Source of the DNA: a virus | Virus record (IMG/VR): IMGVR_UViG_3300034082_001419 | Location: 32,001 to 96,000 of that record | Strand: one strand, 5' to 3' | Length of the DNA: 64,000 nt | In this document: one piece after another, positions 10,961 through 21,974 of the stretch | Layout of the letters: every line of letters begins with the position of its first letter | Position numbering within the stretch: the first letter of the stretch is position 1 | Program-made: the position numbers and the translations under genes | Notes under the pieces: generated by a model | What the model was told of the DNA's origin: nothing | The model's input: the letters and a program-made list of their open reading frames with translations, nothing else | Database searches by the model: none

Positions 10961-13402
10961 TTATAAATATTCTAATTCTCCTCCATTAGCAATGAAGTCA
11001 TCTATTTCTTCTTGAGTCATATATTGAACATCCTCATCTTCATCTGCAGTACTTCCACCAGTAGCATAAATACCACCACCATATTTAACAACTGCATTAG
11101 AACCCATTTGATCTGGTCTAAATAAACCAGAGTTAGGATCATAATTACCTTTCTTTTTTATATTGCTTACTCCATAATTAGCTTCGGCAGAAGTTGTATT
11201 AGCAAGTAATTGATTCTCTTGTTTTCTTGCATTAATTTTATCAGCAAAATCTAATCCTGCTTTTAATCCATAACCTAGAACTTGACCAGCATCAGATACA
11301 TTTTTACCTAAATTACTTCTATCTCTTTTAAGTAAGTAATCTTGAGAATATGCTGTATCATCAGTTTTGGTAGCTTCATCAACCAACCCATTATCAGCAT
11401 ATTCACCTTTATTATTCATTATTACACCAGGTTTTTCACCTGTTAATGGATTTTTATAACTTTCATCCATTGTTCCAGGAACTTTTATGTCTGCTGTACC
11501 TTCACCAATACTAAAATTTGGATTTCTTTTTTTAATTACTTTACCAGTAAAGTCAACTGTATCACCTTTGTAATCTTTTTTAGTACCTAATGGATTAGCA
11601 TTTGGATCAAATACATTAGTTTGAGCACCCATTTGAGCTCTGTACAGTTCTGGTACGGCAATGTCACCTCCATATGCATATTGAGTATAATTAATTGGGC
11701 CACCGTATTCTTTATAAGCAGGTCCTTGACGTTTAATTAAAAAATCTTGATATGTATTATCAGCATCTGATGCATTTGAATTATTACCTATTAATGCTTC
11801 AATTTTTTTTGCTGCATTTATTTGATTTTGATTTTCTGGAGTATTAATTAATTCAGGTTTAGTATTTGAATCTGGTATATCTTCATTATTAAATGGTTTA
11901 TATGCAGGCATTTTTTGTTGTATTCTTTTAACTTCTTCTGGATCATTAAATTTATCAACATTATTATTACCTAAAAATCTATTTAATTTAGCATCATCTC
12001 TTGATTCTCTTCTTTGTGCTCTTGCATTCATTGGAGGATAATACGGCATATCACTAGTAGGTGCTGTAGCAGAACTTGTAGGTTGTGAATCAGCAGGTAT
12101 TTCAGGTATCATTCCTGATCTAGTCATATTTGCTCCCCATTGTTTAATACCTGGTATACCTGATCTCATCATCCAATCAGCAACTGGTTGTCTTTTACCT
12201 GTAATATTATCTGGTCCTGCATATTCCCCTGGTACAGGTGGTGTTTTTACTCCTATTGTATTTGTTTTTTCTTCACCTAGTGTTGTTTTACCTGTTGGAG
12301 CTACTGATGGAGTACCGTTATAGTTTACAGTATATGCTTTTGGTCTACCAAATATCCCTCTCTTAGTTACATTAACACTTGTTACTTGTCTACCTGCAAG
12401 ATTAGGAGCTACTGCTCTTTGACCTGTAGCCGTATAATATGGTGAGTTAACTGCTTGAGCATATTGTCTACCTGATCTGCGGGGCATTCTAAAACCACCA
12501 TTTTGATATTGTTCCTGATTAAAATCTATATCAGAATCTTGATACATTTCATCAGCAGATTCATTATCTCCTCCACCTATGAATTTATATAAACCAGCAT
12601 CAGTATCTGTAAAACCACCAAATTGTCTTTCTGGAGCATCATTTTGAATATTCTGATCTTGTGAAAAAATATGTCTTGTATCTTCACCGTATAGTCCTAA
12701 ATGATGATAAGGGTTTTCAAAATCTATTTGTTCTTGTTGTATACCACCTTCTTGAAATGCTCCTACCTGTGGTGCACCATAAGCAGAATTATATTCATCT
12801 TCAGCTTCTTGTTTCATTGCAGCTTCCTGAGCTGTATTTCTAACTGCACCTAAGAATCCTTTTACATGTGATTCTCTACCATTAAGTACATCATCAGCAC
12901 CTGGAGAAGGTGTATCACCACCTTGAGCCATTTTAGCAAACTTAGTATACTGTTTAATAAAACTTCTTTTACTTAAGTTAGTACCACCTTGTCTCATATA
13001 TGTAGCTTCATCTTCTGGAGTATCTTCAGTATCTTCAGGATTTACTTCAACATTATACATTGCTGCTTGTTGTTGCTGTCTTGCTTGTTCTTCAGCAGCT
13101 TGTTGTTCTTCAAGTAAAGCTTGCTCTTCATCTGAATTAGCTTGTTCTTGTTCTGCAGCAACTTGAGTTTCTTCATCTAATTGAGAAGCATCTTCTAAAC
13201 CTAAGTTGTCACTTACATATGAAATATAATCATCAGCTATACTATCTTCAATACCTGCTTGTGAAAGTTCTGCTTTAAGTGAATCCGTATCACCATCAAA
13301 GTCATCAGCTGACATTCTTTGTGATATATAATCAACAATCTGTTCCTGAGTAGGTTGGTTAGTTTGACCACCTGGTTTATATACTCTTACTCTCTTTTTC
13401 AT
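10961..13402 (-). CDS. Low-complexity acidic putative internal virion protein with about 12 xxxGG motifs, 813 aa
   Basis: ORF track; repeated YKPGG, MRQGG, MAQGG, FQEGG, RQFGG, YQNGG, KEYGG, YAYGG, VKYGG, YATGG, IANGG. Confidence 0.6.
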   Translation of the reverse strand: MKKRVRVYKPGGQTNQPTQEQIVDYISQRMSADDFDGDTDSLKAELSQAGIEDSIADDYISYVSDNLGLEDASQLDEETQVAAEQEQANSDEEQALLEEQQAAEEQARQQQQAAMYNVEVNPEDTEDTPEDEATYMRQGGTNLSKRSFIKQYTKFAKMAQGGDTPSPGADDVLNGRESHVKGFLGAVRNTAQEAAMKQEAEDEYNSAYGAPQVGAFQEGGIQQEQIDFENPYHHLGLYGEDTRHIFSQDQNIQNDAPERQFGGFTDTDAGLYKFIGGGDNESADEMYQDSDIDFNQEQYQNGGFRMPRRSGRQYAQAVNSPYYTATGQRAVAPNLAGRQVTSVNVTKRGIFGRPKAYTVNYNGTPSVAPTGKTTLGEEKTNTIGVKTPPVPGEYAGPDNITGKRQPVADWMMRSGIPGIKQWGANMTRSGMIPEIPADSQPTSSATAPTSDMPYYPPMNARAQRRESRDDAKLNRFLGNNNVDKFNDPEEVKRIQQKMPAYKPFNNEDIPDSNTKPELINTPENQNQINAAKKIEALIGNNSNASDADNTYQDFLIKRQGPAYKEYGGPINYTQYAYGGDIAVPELYRAQMGAQTNVFDPNANPLGTKKDYKGDTVDFTGKVIKKRNPNFSIGEGTADIKVPGTMDESYKNPLTGEKPGVIMNNKGEYADNGLVDEATKTDDTAYSQDYLLKRDRSNLGKNVSDAGQVLGYGLKAGLDFADKINARKQENQLLANTTSAEANYGVSNIKKKGNYDPNSGLFRPDQMGSNAVVKYGGGIYATGGSTADEDEDVQYMTQEEIDDFIANGGELEYL

Positions 13403-13448
13403 ATAATATGTAATATATATTAAATATAATAATTTTTGGTTTACTCAA

Positions 13449-13465
13449 TAAACATTAAAAGTTTA
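13449..13465. promoter_or_regulatory. Operator-like palindrome copy TAAACAT-taa-AAGTTTA
   Basis: One mismatch to the 8286 palindrome; both lie 20 nt from a TAAATATA element (13421-13428 and 8258-8265). Confidence 0.45.
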
Positions 13466-15640
13466 ATCAAGTTCTTCAACAGTATAACCAGCTTTTCTTA
13501 ATAATTCAATTGTATGATCATCTAACTCATCTTCCCAGGCTTCAGTTATACCACCTTGTTCATATGCTTTTTTACCAAAATTAAAGTTTCCTGATTTTAA
13601 TCTCTGTAACTCATTAAATTGTCTTTCAGTTACTAAACCATTTTGATTTTTAACTGATCCAATCAAGTCTTTATAAAACTTTTTATTTGTAGGTGAAAGA
13701 GCTTTACTATCAAATGTACCTAAAAGTTGAGTATAATAGTCAGGATTTTTTATTTCATATTTTGACATATTCATACTTCCTAGACCTGCTTGTACAGGAG
13801 CATTTGTTGTAGATTGGGTAGGAATTTTTTTATATCCCTGTAACCAATGTTGTTTATAAATATTAACATTAGGATCATTAAATAAAACAGGTTTATTGCC
13901 TGGTGTTGTAATTTCATAGCCAAAATTTTCCATTGGAGATACACCATGAGTATCAAAATTTGGCATATTATGAGAATTAGTTACTTCAACCATGTGTGGA
14001 CCTTCAAATTTATTCCAGTTCCATACCCTATTATTTTTTTCACCAGCAAATGATGTCTTATCAATTACTTCTTGAGGAAACTTATATTTTCTAGCATCAA
14101 ATGGAACACCTTGACTATAATATGTTTCTTCAAATGCTTTATTGCTAAAACTTGGATCATATATATCTACTTGATTACTTCTAAATACACCTGATTTTTT
14201 TGCATCTTCTAAACCTTTTTTACCTAACATTCTATATGCTGATTCAGGATTTGGTTTAAATGCGTATGGATTTATTTTATATGCATTAGACAATAAACCT
14301 GTTTCTGTTCCTAATGTTTTACCTAAATACCTAACACCTGGTTTTATTCCTAATCTAACTGCATCATCAAGTAATCCTGAACCTGGTGCAAATCTTAATG
14401 CTTCTAACGCTGCATCACCATATTTACCTCTGTAAGCATTTCTTACAACTTTATCACCTGCATCTAAAAGATTTAATGAACTATTTATTGTATTACCAAC
14501 AAGATTTCTACCTTGAACTACACCTGGATCAATACCAGCCATACGCATCTCATTAATATTATGAGGCATGTTTTCCGCACCTCCACCTGATATTGCATAT
14601 TCTGCTGCAGTCATTGGATTAGTAACATATTCCCATGCTCTATTTGAATTACTTTGTTCAGGTGTTGCTTGCATCATATCAGGACCAGGTCTATCTTGTT
14701 GACCTACCCCTGCAAATGACCATTGTTGATTAGCAACATTTTCTAAATCTGCATTAGTAACTGGTATACCTTTTTCTTTACCAAAATCTTTTAGTTTTTG
14801 TTGTTCAGTAATAATTTTATCTTGTGTTTTTTCATATTTAGATTTATCAGTAACTTTAAAATTTTTATCAAAAGCTTGTTGTGCTTGTTTTTGTTTTGCA
14901 GTAAGTTGAACTTTTTTCTTTTCAACTGGTGTAGAACTCCAACCTGTATTAGATTGAGCATCTTGATCTCTTATATCTCTATTAAATGTTTTTACTGTTT
15001 TACCAGTTTGTGCTTTAACTAGTTCATGTTGTACATAGCCTCCTATTTCATATTCAGGTTCTTCATCTACTTCATAACCTGCTTCTTTATATGCTTGTAT
15101 CTCTTCATCAGTAAGATCCATATATTCATCTTCATTTTCCCCACCGTCTTCTTTAGTAGGTAGATTAAAACCATAGTTTAATTCATAGTGACTTAATGGA
15201 TTTGGATTAAGATTAATTAGGCCTAGTTTAGAACCACCTGATTTAAACTTTGAGTTAGGGTCAAATATCTTACTCTTTTTATTTTTAAACAATTTATTCT
15301 TAGTGAATAGTTTATTAGTAGCAGATATATTACTAGAGTACTTCTTGCTTTGAAGAGTACCACCTTTTCTTACCATTGGTGTTTCATCTACATAATCTGC
15401 ATCAGGAAAATTATAATCTTGACCAGGTTGCATCATAGAACCAGGACCAACATTAGGTTGAGCCCATACAGGATAATTAACTCCTTCCATAGTTATATCA
15501 TTACCAGGTATTCTAGTCTTTTGTCCTGGATATTTCCACTGACCTGCAGGATCAGTTATTATGTCTCTTGGTTTACCCGGTGCTTTTGCTTTACCTAATT
15601 CTGATACAGCTTTAGATAATACTTTTTTATTAAATCCCAT
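13463..15640 (-). CDS. Multidomain putative internal virion protein, possible ADP-ribosyltransferase-like domain, 725 aa
   Basis: ORF track; xxxGG tags; central segment AYRMLGKKGLEDAKKSGVFR...YYSQG...HMVEV loosely resembles ART-fold strand pattern. Confidence 0.5.
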   Translation of the reverse strand: MGFNKKVLSKAVSELGKAKAPGKPRDIITDPAGQWKYPGQKTRIPGNDITMEGVNYPVWAQPNVGPGSMMQPGQDYNFPDADYVDETPMVRKGGTLQSKKYSSNISATNKLFTKNKLFKNKKSKIFDPNSKFKSGGSKLGLINLNPNPLSHYELNYGFNLPTKEDGGENEDEYMDLTDEEIQAYKEAGYEVDEEPEYEIGGYVQHELVKAQTGKTVKTFNRDIRDQDAQSNTGWSSTPVEKKKVQLTAKQKQAQQAFDKNFKVTDKSKYEKTQDKIITEQQKLKDFGKEKGIPVTNADLENVANQQWSFAGVGQQDRPGPDMMQATPEQSNSNRAWEYVTNPMTAAEYAISGGGAENMPHNINEMRMAGIDPGVVQGRNLVGNTINSSLNLLDAGDKVVRNAYRGKYGDAALEALRFAPGSGLLDDAVRLGIKPGVRYLGKTLGTETGLLSNAYKINPYAFKPNPESAYRMLGKKGLEDAKKSGVFRSNQVDIYDPSFSNKAFEETYYSQGVPFDARKYKFPQEVIDKTSFAGEKNNRVWNWNKFEGPHMVEVTNSHNMPNFDTHGVSPMENFGYEITTPGNKPVLFNDPNVNIYKQHWLQGYKKIPTQSTTNAPVQAGLGSMNMSKYEIKNPDYYTQLLGTFDSKALSPTNKKFYKDLIGSVKNQNGLVTERQFNELQRLKSGNFNFGKKAYEQGGITEAWEDELDDHTIELLRKAGYTVEELD

Positions 15641-18600
15641 TATCTGAGTGATATTTGATTTTTACTATTACTAATTTTAACTATCATATTTACATCTTGA
15701 GAATTAGCTTTGCTCAAATATAAGAAATTTAAATAGTGTCTGAATTTTTTTCTCTCAAGTTGATTCTTAGCATAATCTAAGTTAGTAGTATTTAATGTTT
15801 TAATATAACCATTAGACTGAGTATTCCATATTACTTCTTGAGTATATATACCAGCAAGAACTGTTGTACCTGGAACTACTGCACCGGTAGGTGGGTATGA
15901 TGAACCATTTGGAAACTCACCTCTATTTTTAGTTATATCCCAGAATTGATTAAATCTGTATTTGTTTTCCTCTTTAGAGAATAGTACATCAATAGATCCC
16001 GGATTAACTTTAGGATATGTATTAGCAAGTGTAATATTATTTTTAGGGAATATATTAAGATTTAAATATCCAGATACTTGTTCAGAATTATATACTACTG
16101 CTTTATCAAAGTTATAATCAAGTACATGATACTGATCAATACAATTTATTGGACTATTTTTATAACATTCAAGAATATACTCCATTGATTTAAGAGTAGT
16201 AATTGTTTGTCCTGTTATTAATGGTATCTCAACCTCAAATGGATGCTGAACACCATAGAAATTACAATAACTATTACATGCTACATTATGTTTCCATAAT
16301 CTACCTTCTTTAGTTGTCATAAAAAATTGTCTTGCAGGTAACACAAAATCTGGATGCCAGTCATGATATGAAATCCAATAATTACTTTTAGGATCAAAAC
16401 TTGCTGTCCATGATGCATTTTCAAATATAAGAGGATCACCTAACTCAATTCTTGCTTGACCATTAACTAAAAAGTAATCACCATATCTATCATATGTTAC
16501 AATAGTACCTGGAGCTAAATCATTTCTTAATTTATAATCTTTTTTACAGAAATAGATAACTCCGTTATAATTATCATATACTGCTTGTGTACCAATACCA
16601 GCAACAGGATTATCAGTATGTGGATAATCAGGAAAATCTTCAGTAAGTTTATATGGTAAAAATAAACTGAACCACCATTTCATACCTTGTTGAGATATTT
16701 CTTTTAGACCTCCTTCAAATGCAAACACTCTTCCTTGATTTTGAGATATATAATACATACCTGCTGGAGTAGCAATTACACCAAACTTATTTTGAGAAGA
16801 ACCATATTCATACTCTACATCAGATATTGTTACATTTTGAGGAGGATTAGCAAATAAACCACCATCACCAATAGTAATTTTAGTACCTAAGTCTGTTTCA
16901 AGAGTATCAGTACCTTGATATATTAATGGACTAGAATTTTGGAATGTAATAAACATACCAGTTTTAGCATATGGTTTTATACTTGTAATTCTATTTTTAA
17001 ATTCTTTATAGTTATTAACTAGATAAACAAACCATGAATCTTTAGATGACTCATTTTGTTGAGGTAGTGAGTAAACAACTCTATCAGGATAGTAAGTATA
17101 ACATAACTGAGATACAATAGGATTATAATATCTTGATTGTAAATTACCTTGAGAGAAATATTGAGTAAATACTTTAGATATACTTAATGAATAATCATAT
17201 GCATAATAGTTTCCTCTTGCAATTGTATCAGGATTCATATTAAACATTGCTGGTAAATTAGTATAGGTATTACGGTCATAGTGTTGTTCATATACTGCAG
17301 TACCAGGTTCTCTAAAGTCTACTAATACATCTGACTCAACAAAGAAATCTCTTACTGAAGAATTAGCTAAATAGAAATACGCTTCTTTAGCACCAAATAC
17401 TCCAGGGTATGTGTCTAGACCACCATCTGGTGTATCATTATTATAATTCCATTTTCTACCACTATTTCTATAATAATCTAAATCATAAAAATCTGTAGGT
17501 TTAAACCCGTTACCAGGAGTTGGATTTGTCCAGTTAGCAGGAGTTAAGTCACTACTATCATATAGTTCACTGTTAACCCAAAATCTTGGTTCAGCAATCA
17601 TATGTCTTAAAATATAATTATATTCATATCCATCTGGTTGATCATAAAGCCAGTCATAGAAAAAGAACATATTATTTTTTTCTGTATATCTATTTACATA
17701 TGTATCACCACCAAAAAATACTGGTGACTGTTGTATCGCTCTAAGTCTTATTTCTACAGTTCTTAAACCAACCGGTGTACTTATTGAACAAAAGAAAGGA
17801 CTTCTTGTTATTACTGTATTTACACCATTATAATTTAATTTTTGTTCTGATGGTGTAATTGGTATTTGTTTAATTGAATCAAGTTGACCATATTGATTTC
17901 TTAGTCTTACTTTAATTCCTCCATAATGACTTGCTATAGATAAATTAAATGGGTTAGATTTACCGTCAGTCATATTAACTGGTAAACCTCCTGCTTGTAT
18001 TGCTGTTCCTAATGTTACTAATGATTTATCTGCATTTGGACCGATAATATAATCTGGACCATTGTCAACTTTAGTTGTGCTACCAGATGATGTTCTTAAT
18101 GTAACTGATGTTTGTCTTTTAAGATTATTGATAATATAATTTATACCACTAAAAGATTTAACATTTTGTATATTATTTTTTAAATAAAAACTGTCTTCAA
18201 TATTAAATCTTTGTACTTGAGATGTATTAGGTACATCAAAACCACTATAAAAACCTTCTGCAATTGATTGTAAAGCAAATTGTCTATACGGTAATAAAGC
18301 ATAAATTAATCTTAAAGTTGTGTTTGCACCATCTAAAAAATAAAAAAGTGATTGAGGTAAACCATATAAAACACCTAATGCACCAGCATATGCAAGTTTT
18401 GGTACTTCTCTTTGATATTCATTTGCTATACCAATTGTTGCATTAGTAGCTCCTAAAGCATTTACAGTACTGATATATGTAGCATTTATTGAAGACAAAA
18501 CTGGATTAATACCAAATGTAAAAGCATCAGCAAGAGTTCCTACACCTGAAACAAGATAAGCTTTCATAGCTGTGTTATATGCAGCTTGAGCAACTGCAAC

Positions 18601-20946
18601 AGCGGCAGCACCACCTGTAGCAACACCATAAGCAACACCAAATGAATCACTAGCACCTGTACCAGGAACAGGTTTACCCAGTGTAGTAGTCATTTTACCT
18701 ACATTTTGTATAATAACTTCAATGATACCACCAATAAACATTGCAAATACTGTAACATCTGCTAATAATTTAAATCTTGGATGTTTATCAGGTTCTTCAA
18801 AATATTGTACTGATGTACCTGTTAGACTACCATATAGTTTTAGTTCAGTAACAGATAAAAATGGATTTCTGAAATTAGTATCTGGTGAGTGAAAAGTTAC
18901 CATATTAGTTGGTAGTGTCTGAGGAGCATCTTTTGGCAATCTAATATATGGATCATTATTTCCTGCTACGTGTCCACCTAATGATGCTGATAGTGGTTCA
19001 ATAGTATTAAATGGATAGTTAGGATATAAACCTATTCTACCAGCTGCTGCATTACCTTTAATTTCATAAGTACGCAAATTATTAAGCATACCTTTAGCAA
19101 TGATGCTTCTATTACCTTCTCTTGATCCTCTTAGTATTTCATAACCTACTATACCTGGTATATCATTACCATCATTATCTTTTGGTAAAATAATATTATT
19201 AAATGTAACACCCATTAGTCTAATTGCTTGACCACCATCTCTATAATGATTTGTCAACTTAGAACCAGAAGTTATATTATCAGGAAACTTATGATGTCTA
19301 ATTGGTTTACCACATAAATCAAAAGGAGATGTTCCACCAGGCGGTGGAGGTGGAACTCCACTCCAACATTGAGATGAAGCATCCCATATATCATGTCTAT
19401 TATCTGGATACTTTTCAGTTGACTCCCAGTAACCCATTCTTCCTTGAGCAACTACAATACCTCCATCAGGTAAAACTGTACCAGGTGCTCCAGTTTGAGT
19501 AGCCGTATTATATACTTCAAAATATCTATCATCTGGACTTAAAGAATTTAAATCTGCTGTAAGTTGTGTTTCTGATATTCCATTGAATGTACCTGCAACT
19601 CTACCTGGTATATGATATGAAGATGTTTTATCTCCTGTATTATATACCCATCTTATAAAGAATGTATATACTTCATCTCTTAAGTAACTTGTATTACTTC
19701 CTCCTTGTACATAATAATCAGATGTATATTCAACTGAACTCCATAAAGCTTGAATTTGATTAGCTAATGGTTGATAGTTAAAGTCAAATCTAGATCTTGG
19801 AGCTATTCTTAGTAAATAATTATTAACCTCAGTCATTTGATCTGATGTTTCATATACTAAGTTTCTTATTGGAATTTGTTCAATAGGTACAGTTATTAAA
19901 TCATCTTTGATTTGATCTAAATGTACTACTGATGTATTTGTAGAATATAAACCAATTCTTTTAGCAACAGCACCTTGATTAATTATTTGTACTACTACTA
20001 ATTCAAATTCATCAAAATGTACATTATCTGCATTAATAAAAATATCAATACAACTTGCAACATCATCAACATTCCAAAGTGGTTGTGTGTTACTTGGTGA
20101 AAAATAATCTGTAACTTTTTGACCTTTAATAGTATAAGCAATAACAGCAAAGTAAGATCCATTTCTTAATACACCACCTCCAACTCCTGGTTTAATTTCA
20201 ATTGTTGGTGATGACATTAATCTTGCAAGTCTTATATCTTCACAGTTTAATATTGTTGTATCTTCACATGTTATACAATCATTTGGTCCTGGACAACCTG
20301 CAGGCCATACATCTGGTATTGTTTGTTGACAACCTGAATCAGTATGACATAATTGTTTCCATTGTACACCTGGCCATTGCATAGTCATACCACTAACAGA
20401 ACTACCATATTTATTGTTTCCAATCCATTGATAATCAGCACTTGGCCATAAATCATTATCACCAATATTTAAATATCTATCTGGATTTAGACCATCTGCA
20501 AAATATACTCCCCATGAGCAATCTTCTTTTTCTCTTGAAGCACCAGTAATTAAATTTCTTTTATCAAAGTTTAAACAATCATCTTGTACAATTATCCTAT
20601 ATGTACAAGTATCTTCTTCAAATAATCCTATTTCATGTCCAGTAGGTAAACCAACACCACTTGTTGGATATGCAACTGTAAATAAAATCCATTTATCAGA
20701 ATATAAATGCATTGTTCCAATAATATATTTTTTACCAGGCAATGTTGCTCCAGCTTCACCACACTCTACATTTGATGTTTCATTAGATAGTGTTCCAATA
20801 TTTCCTTCAAGTGTATTGTTTACAGCATTACGGGCATGTGTCCACATACCTTCAGCAACAAATGTAGGATCTGAATCTTTATTTAATCCCTTTACAAAAG
20901 TGTTTGTTTTATTCTGTGATGTATCTTGTATATTTTTCTTTGCCAT
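15640..20946 (-). CDS. Tail stabilisation (muzzle-type) protein, 1768 aa
   Basis: N-terminal NTFVKGLNKD...WTHARNA, beta-rich body, C-terminal WTASFDP..W.SYHDW.P pattern; directly after two ring-protein genes as in crAss-like phages. Confidence 0.75.
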   Translation of the reverse strand: MAKKNIQDTSQNKTNTFVKGLNKDSDPTFVAEGMWTHARNAVNNTLEGNIGTLSNETSNVECGEAGATLPGKKYIIGTMHLYSDKWILFTVAYPTSGVGLPTGHEIGLFEEDTCTYRIIVQDDCLNFDKRNLITGASREKEDCSWGVYFADGLNPDRYLNIGDNDLWPSADYQWIGNNKYGSSVSGMTMQWPGVQWKQLCHTDSGCQQTIPDVWPAGCPGPNDCITCEDTTILNCEDIRLARLMSSPTIEIKPGVGGGVLRNGSYFAVIAYTIKGQKVTDYFSPSNTQPLWNVDDVASCIDIFINADNVHFDEFELVVVQIINQGAVAKRIGLYSTNTSVVHLDQIKDDLITVPIEQIPIRNLVYETSDQMTEVNNYLLRIAPRSRFDFNYQPLANQIQALWSSVEYTSDYYVQGGSNTSYLRDEVYTFFIRWVYNTGDKTSSYHIPGRVAGTFNGISETQLTADLNSLSPDDRYFEVYNTATQTGAPGTVLPDGGIVVAQGRMGYWESTEKYPDNRHDIWDASSQCWSGVPPPPPGGTSPFDLCGKPIRHHKFPDNITSGSKLTNHYRDGGQAIRLMGVTFNNIILPKDNDGNDIPGIVGYEILRGSREGNRSIIAKGMLNNLRTYEIKGNAAAGRIGLYPNYPFNTIEPLSASLGGHVAGNNDPYIRLPKDAPQTLPTNMVTFHSPDTNFRNPFLSVTELKLYGSLTGTSVQYFEEPDKHPRFKLLADVTVFAMFIGGIIEVIIQNVGKMTTTLGKPVPGTGASDSFGVAYGVATGGAAAVAVAQAAYNTAMKAYLVSGVGTLADAFTFGINPVLSSINATYISTVNALGATNATIGIANEYQREVPKLAYAGALGVLYGLPQSLFYFLDGANTTLRLIYALLPYRQFALQSIAEGFYSGFDVPNTSQVQRFNIEDSFYLKNNIQNVKSFSGINYIINNLKRQTSVTLRTSSGSTTKVDNGPDYIIGPNADKSLVTLGTAIQAGGLPVNMTDGKSNPFNLSIASHYGGIKVRLRNQYGQLDSIKQIPITPSEQKLNYNGVNTVITRSPFFCSISTPVGLRTVEIRLRAIQQSPVFFGGDTYVNRYTEKNNMFFFYDWLYDQPDGYEYNYILRHMIAEPRFWVNSELYDSSDLTPANWTNPTPGNGFKPTDFYDLDYYRNSGRKWNYNNDTPDGGLDTYPGVFGAKEAYFYLANSSVRDFFVESDVLVDFREPGTAVYEQHYDRNTYTNLPAMFNMNPDTIARGNYYAYDYSLSISKVFTQYFSQGNLQSRYYNPIVSQLCYTYYPDRVVYSLPQQNESSKDSWFVYLVNNYKEFKNRITSIKPYAKTGMFITFQNSSPLIYQGTDTLETDLGTKITIGDGGLFANPPQNVTISDVEYEYGSSQNKFGVIATPAGMYYISQNQGRVFAFEGGLKEISQQGMKWWFSLFLPYKLTEDFPDYPHTDNPVAGIGTQAVYDNYNGVIYFCKKDYKLRNDLAPGTIVTYDRYGDYFLVNGQARIELGDPLIFENASWTASFDPKSNYWISYHDWHPDFVLPARQFFMTTKEGRLWKHNVACNSYCNFYGVQHPFEVEIPLITGQTITTLKSMEYILECYKNSPINCIDQYHVLDYNFDKAVVYNSEQVSGYLNLNIFPKNNITLANTYPKVNPGSIDVLFSKEENKYRFNQFWDITKNRGEFPNGSSYPPTGAVVPGTTVLAGIYTQEVIWNTQSNGYIKTLNTTNLDYAKNQLERKKFRHYLNFLYLSKANSQDVNMIVKISNSKNQISLR

Positions 20947-20957
20947 AATATAAAGTA

Positions 20958-21974
20958 TTATAATAAACGCATGCTGTTATAGTTATAACTCTTAAACATG
21001 TCATAGTATTTAGCATATTGTGCTCTTCTGTTAGCCATCCATAAACCTTTCATTTCTGCAAAGTTTGGAGTATTAACAATTGATAAGGCATAGTTTCTTG
21101 CAACCTTAAGTCTTTGTTCTATAAGTTGTAACTTTTGAGATACATCTTCACCATTAAGATACAAGTTCTCAAATATTCTTTGTTTCATTGCATACTCATA
21201 GTATTCATTTATCTCATCATGATCAGGAACTAATAAGTTACCATCAGCATCTTCAAGTGCTCCTTGATAATTAAGATATATTTTACCGCATTCAAATGTA
21301 GTATGTAAGAATCCGTTTTTAATCCATGCTTCATTAGCTGCATTAATATATAAATTAGGACAATCACATTCAATTTCTTGAGATGCTTTAAATCTTAATG
21401 GTATTAAAGCTTCATATGTTCTTGTTTCACCTGTAGGCATAATTTGAATTAACTCAAATTGATCTCCTTTACAGTTAGAAAATACTCTAGGTCTTATACA
21501 AGTATCACCAAATGGATTAAGTGGATCATATCCTGGTACAACAACAGGGGAACAATCAGGAACATGTCCTTGACAAGCTACTGTATGATTACATGGATTA
21601 GCATTACATGTTGAACAGTTAACCGTTGGAGGAGCACATACATCTACTGAACCAGGTACTTCTACATATGGTACTTCCATTGTAGTTGTACCACCACTTC
21701 TATATCCTACTTGTTGTTTAAATGACCCACATATAGAACCAAAGTTCATAGTAAAGAAATCATCAGGTAGTTTTATCTTATGATGTTCTACCTCAAGAAT
21801 AACTTCTTTAGTCATATTAATTCTAAGACCTAAATCATATGTTACTCTCTTAGCAACTTTAATTAGTTGTTGAGGCTCTATCATATTTTCAAGAGCATAT
21901 GTATTTAAATCAATTGTAACATCTTCCAGTAACTGGTCAAATGTTCTAAACTTGAGTGTATAGTTAAAGTCCAT
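20958..21974 (-). CDS. Tail tubular/ring protein with Cys-rich insertion, 338 aa
   Basis: KIKLPDDF, GKIYLNYQG..ED.DGNLLVPD pattern of crAss-like ring proteins; position before stabilisation gene. Confidence 0.65.
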   Translation of the reverse strand: MDFNYTLKFRTFDQLLEDVTIDLNTYALENMIEPQQLIKVAKRVTYDLGLRINMTKEVILEVEHHKIKLPDDFFTMNFGSICGSFKQQVGYRSGGTTTMEVPYVEVPGSVDVCAPPTVNCSTCNANPCNHTVACQGHVPDCSPVVVPGYDPLNPFGDTCIRPRVFSNCKGDQFELIQIMPTGETRTYEALIPLRFKASQEIECDCPNLYINAANEAWIKNGFLHTTFECGKIYLNYQGALEDADGNLLVPDHDEINEYYEYAMKQRIFENLYLNGEDVSQKLQLIEQRLKVARNYALSIVNTPNFAEMKGLWMANRRAQYAKYYDMFKSYNYNSMRLL

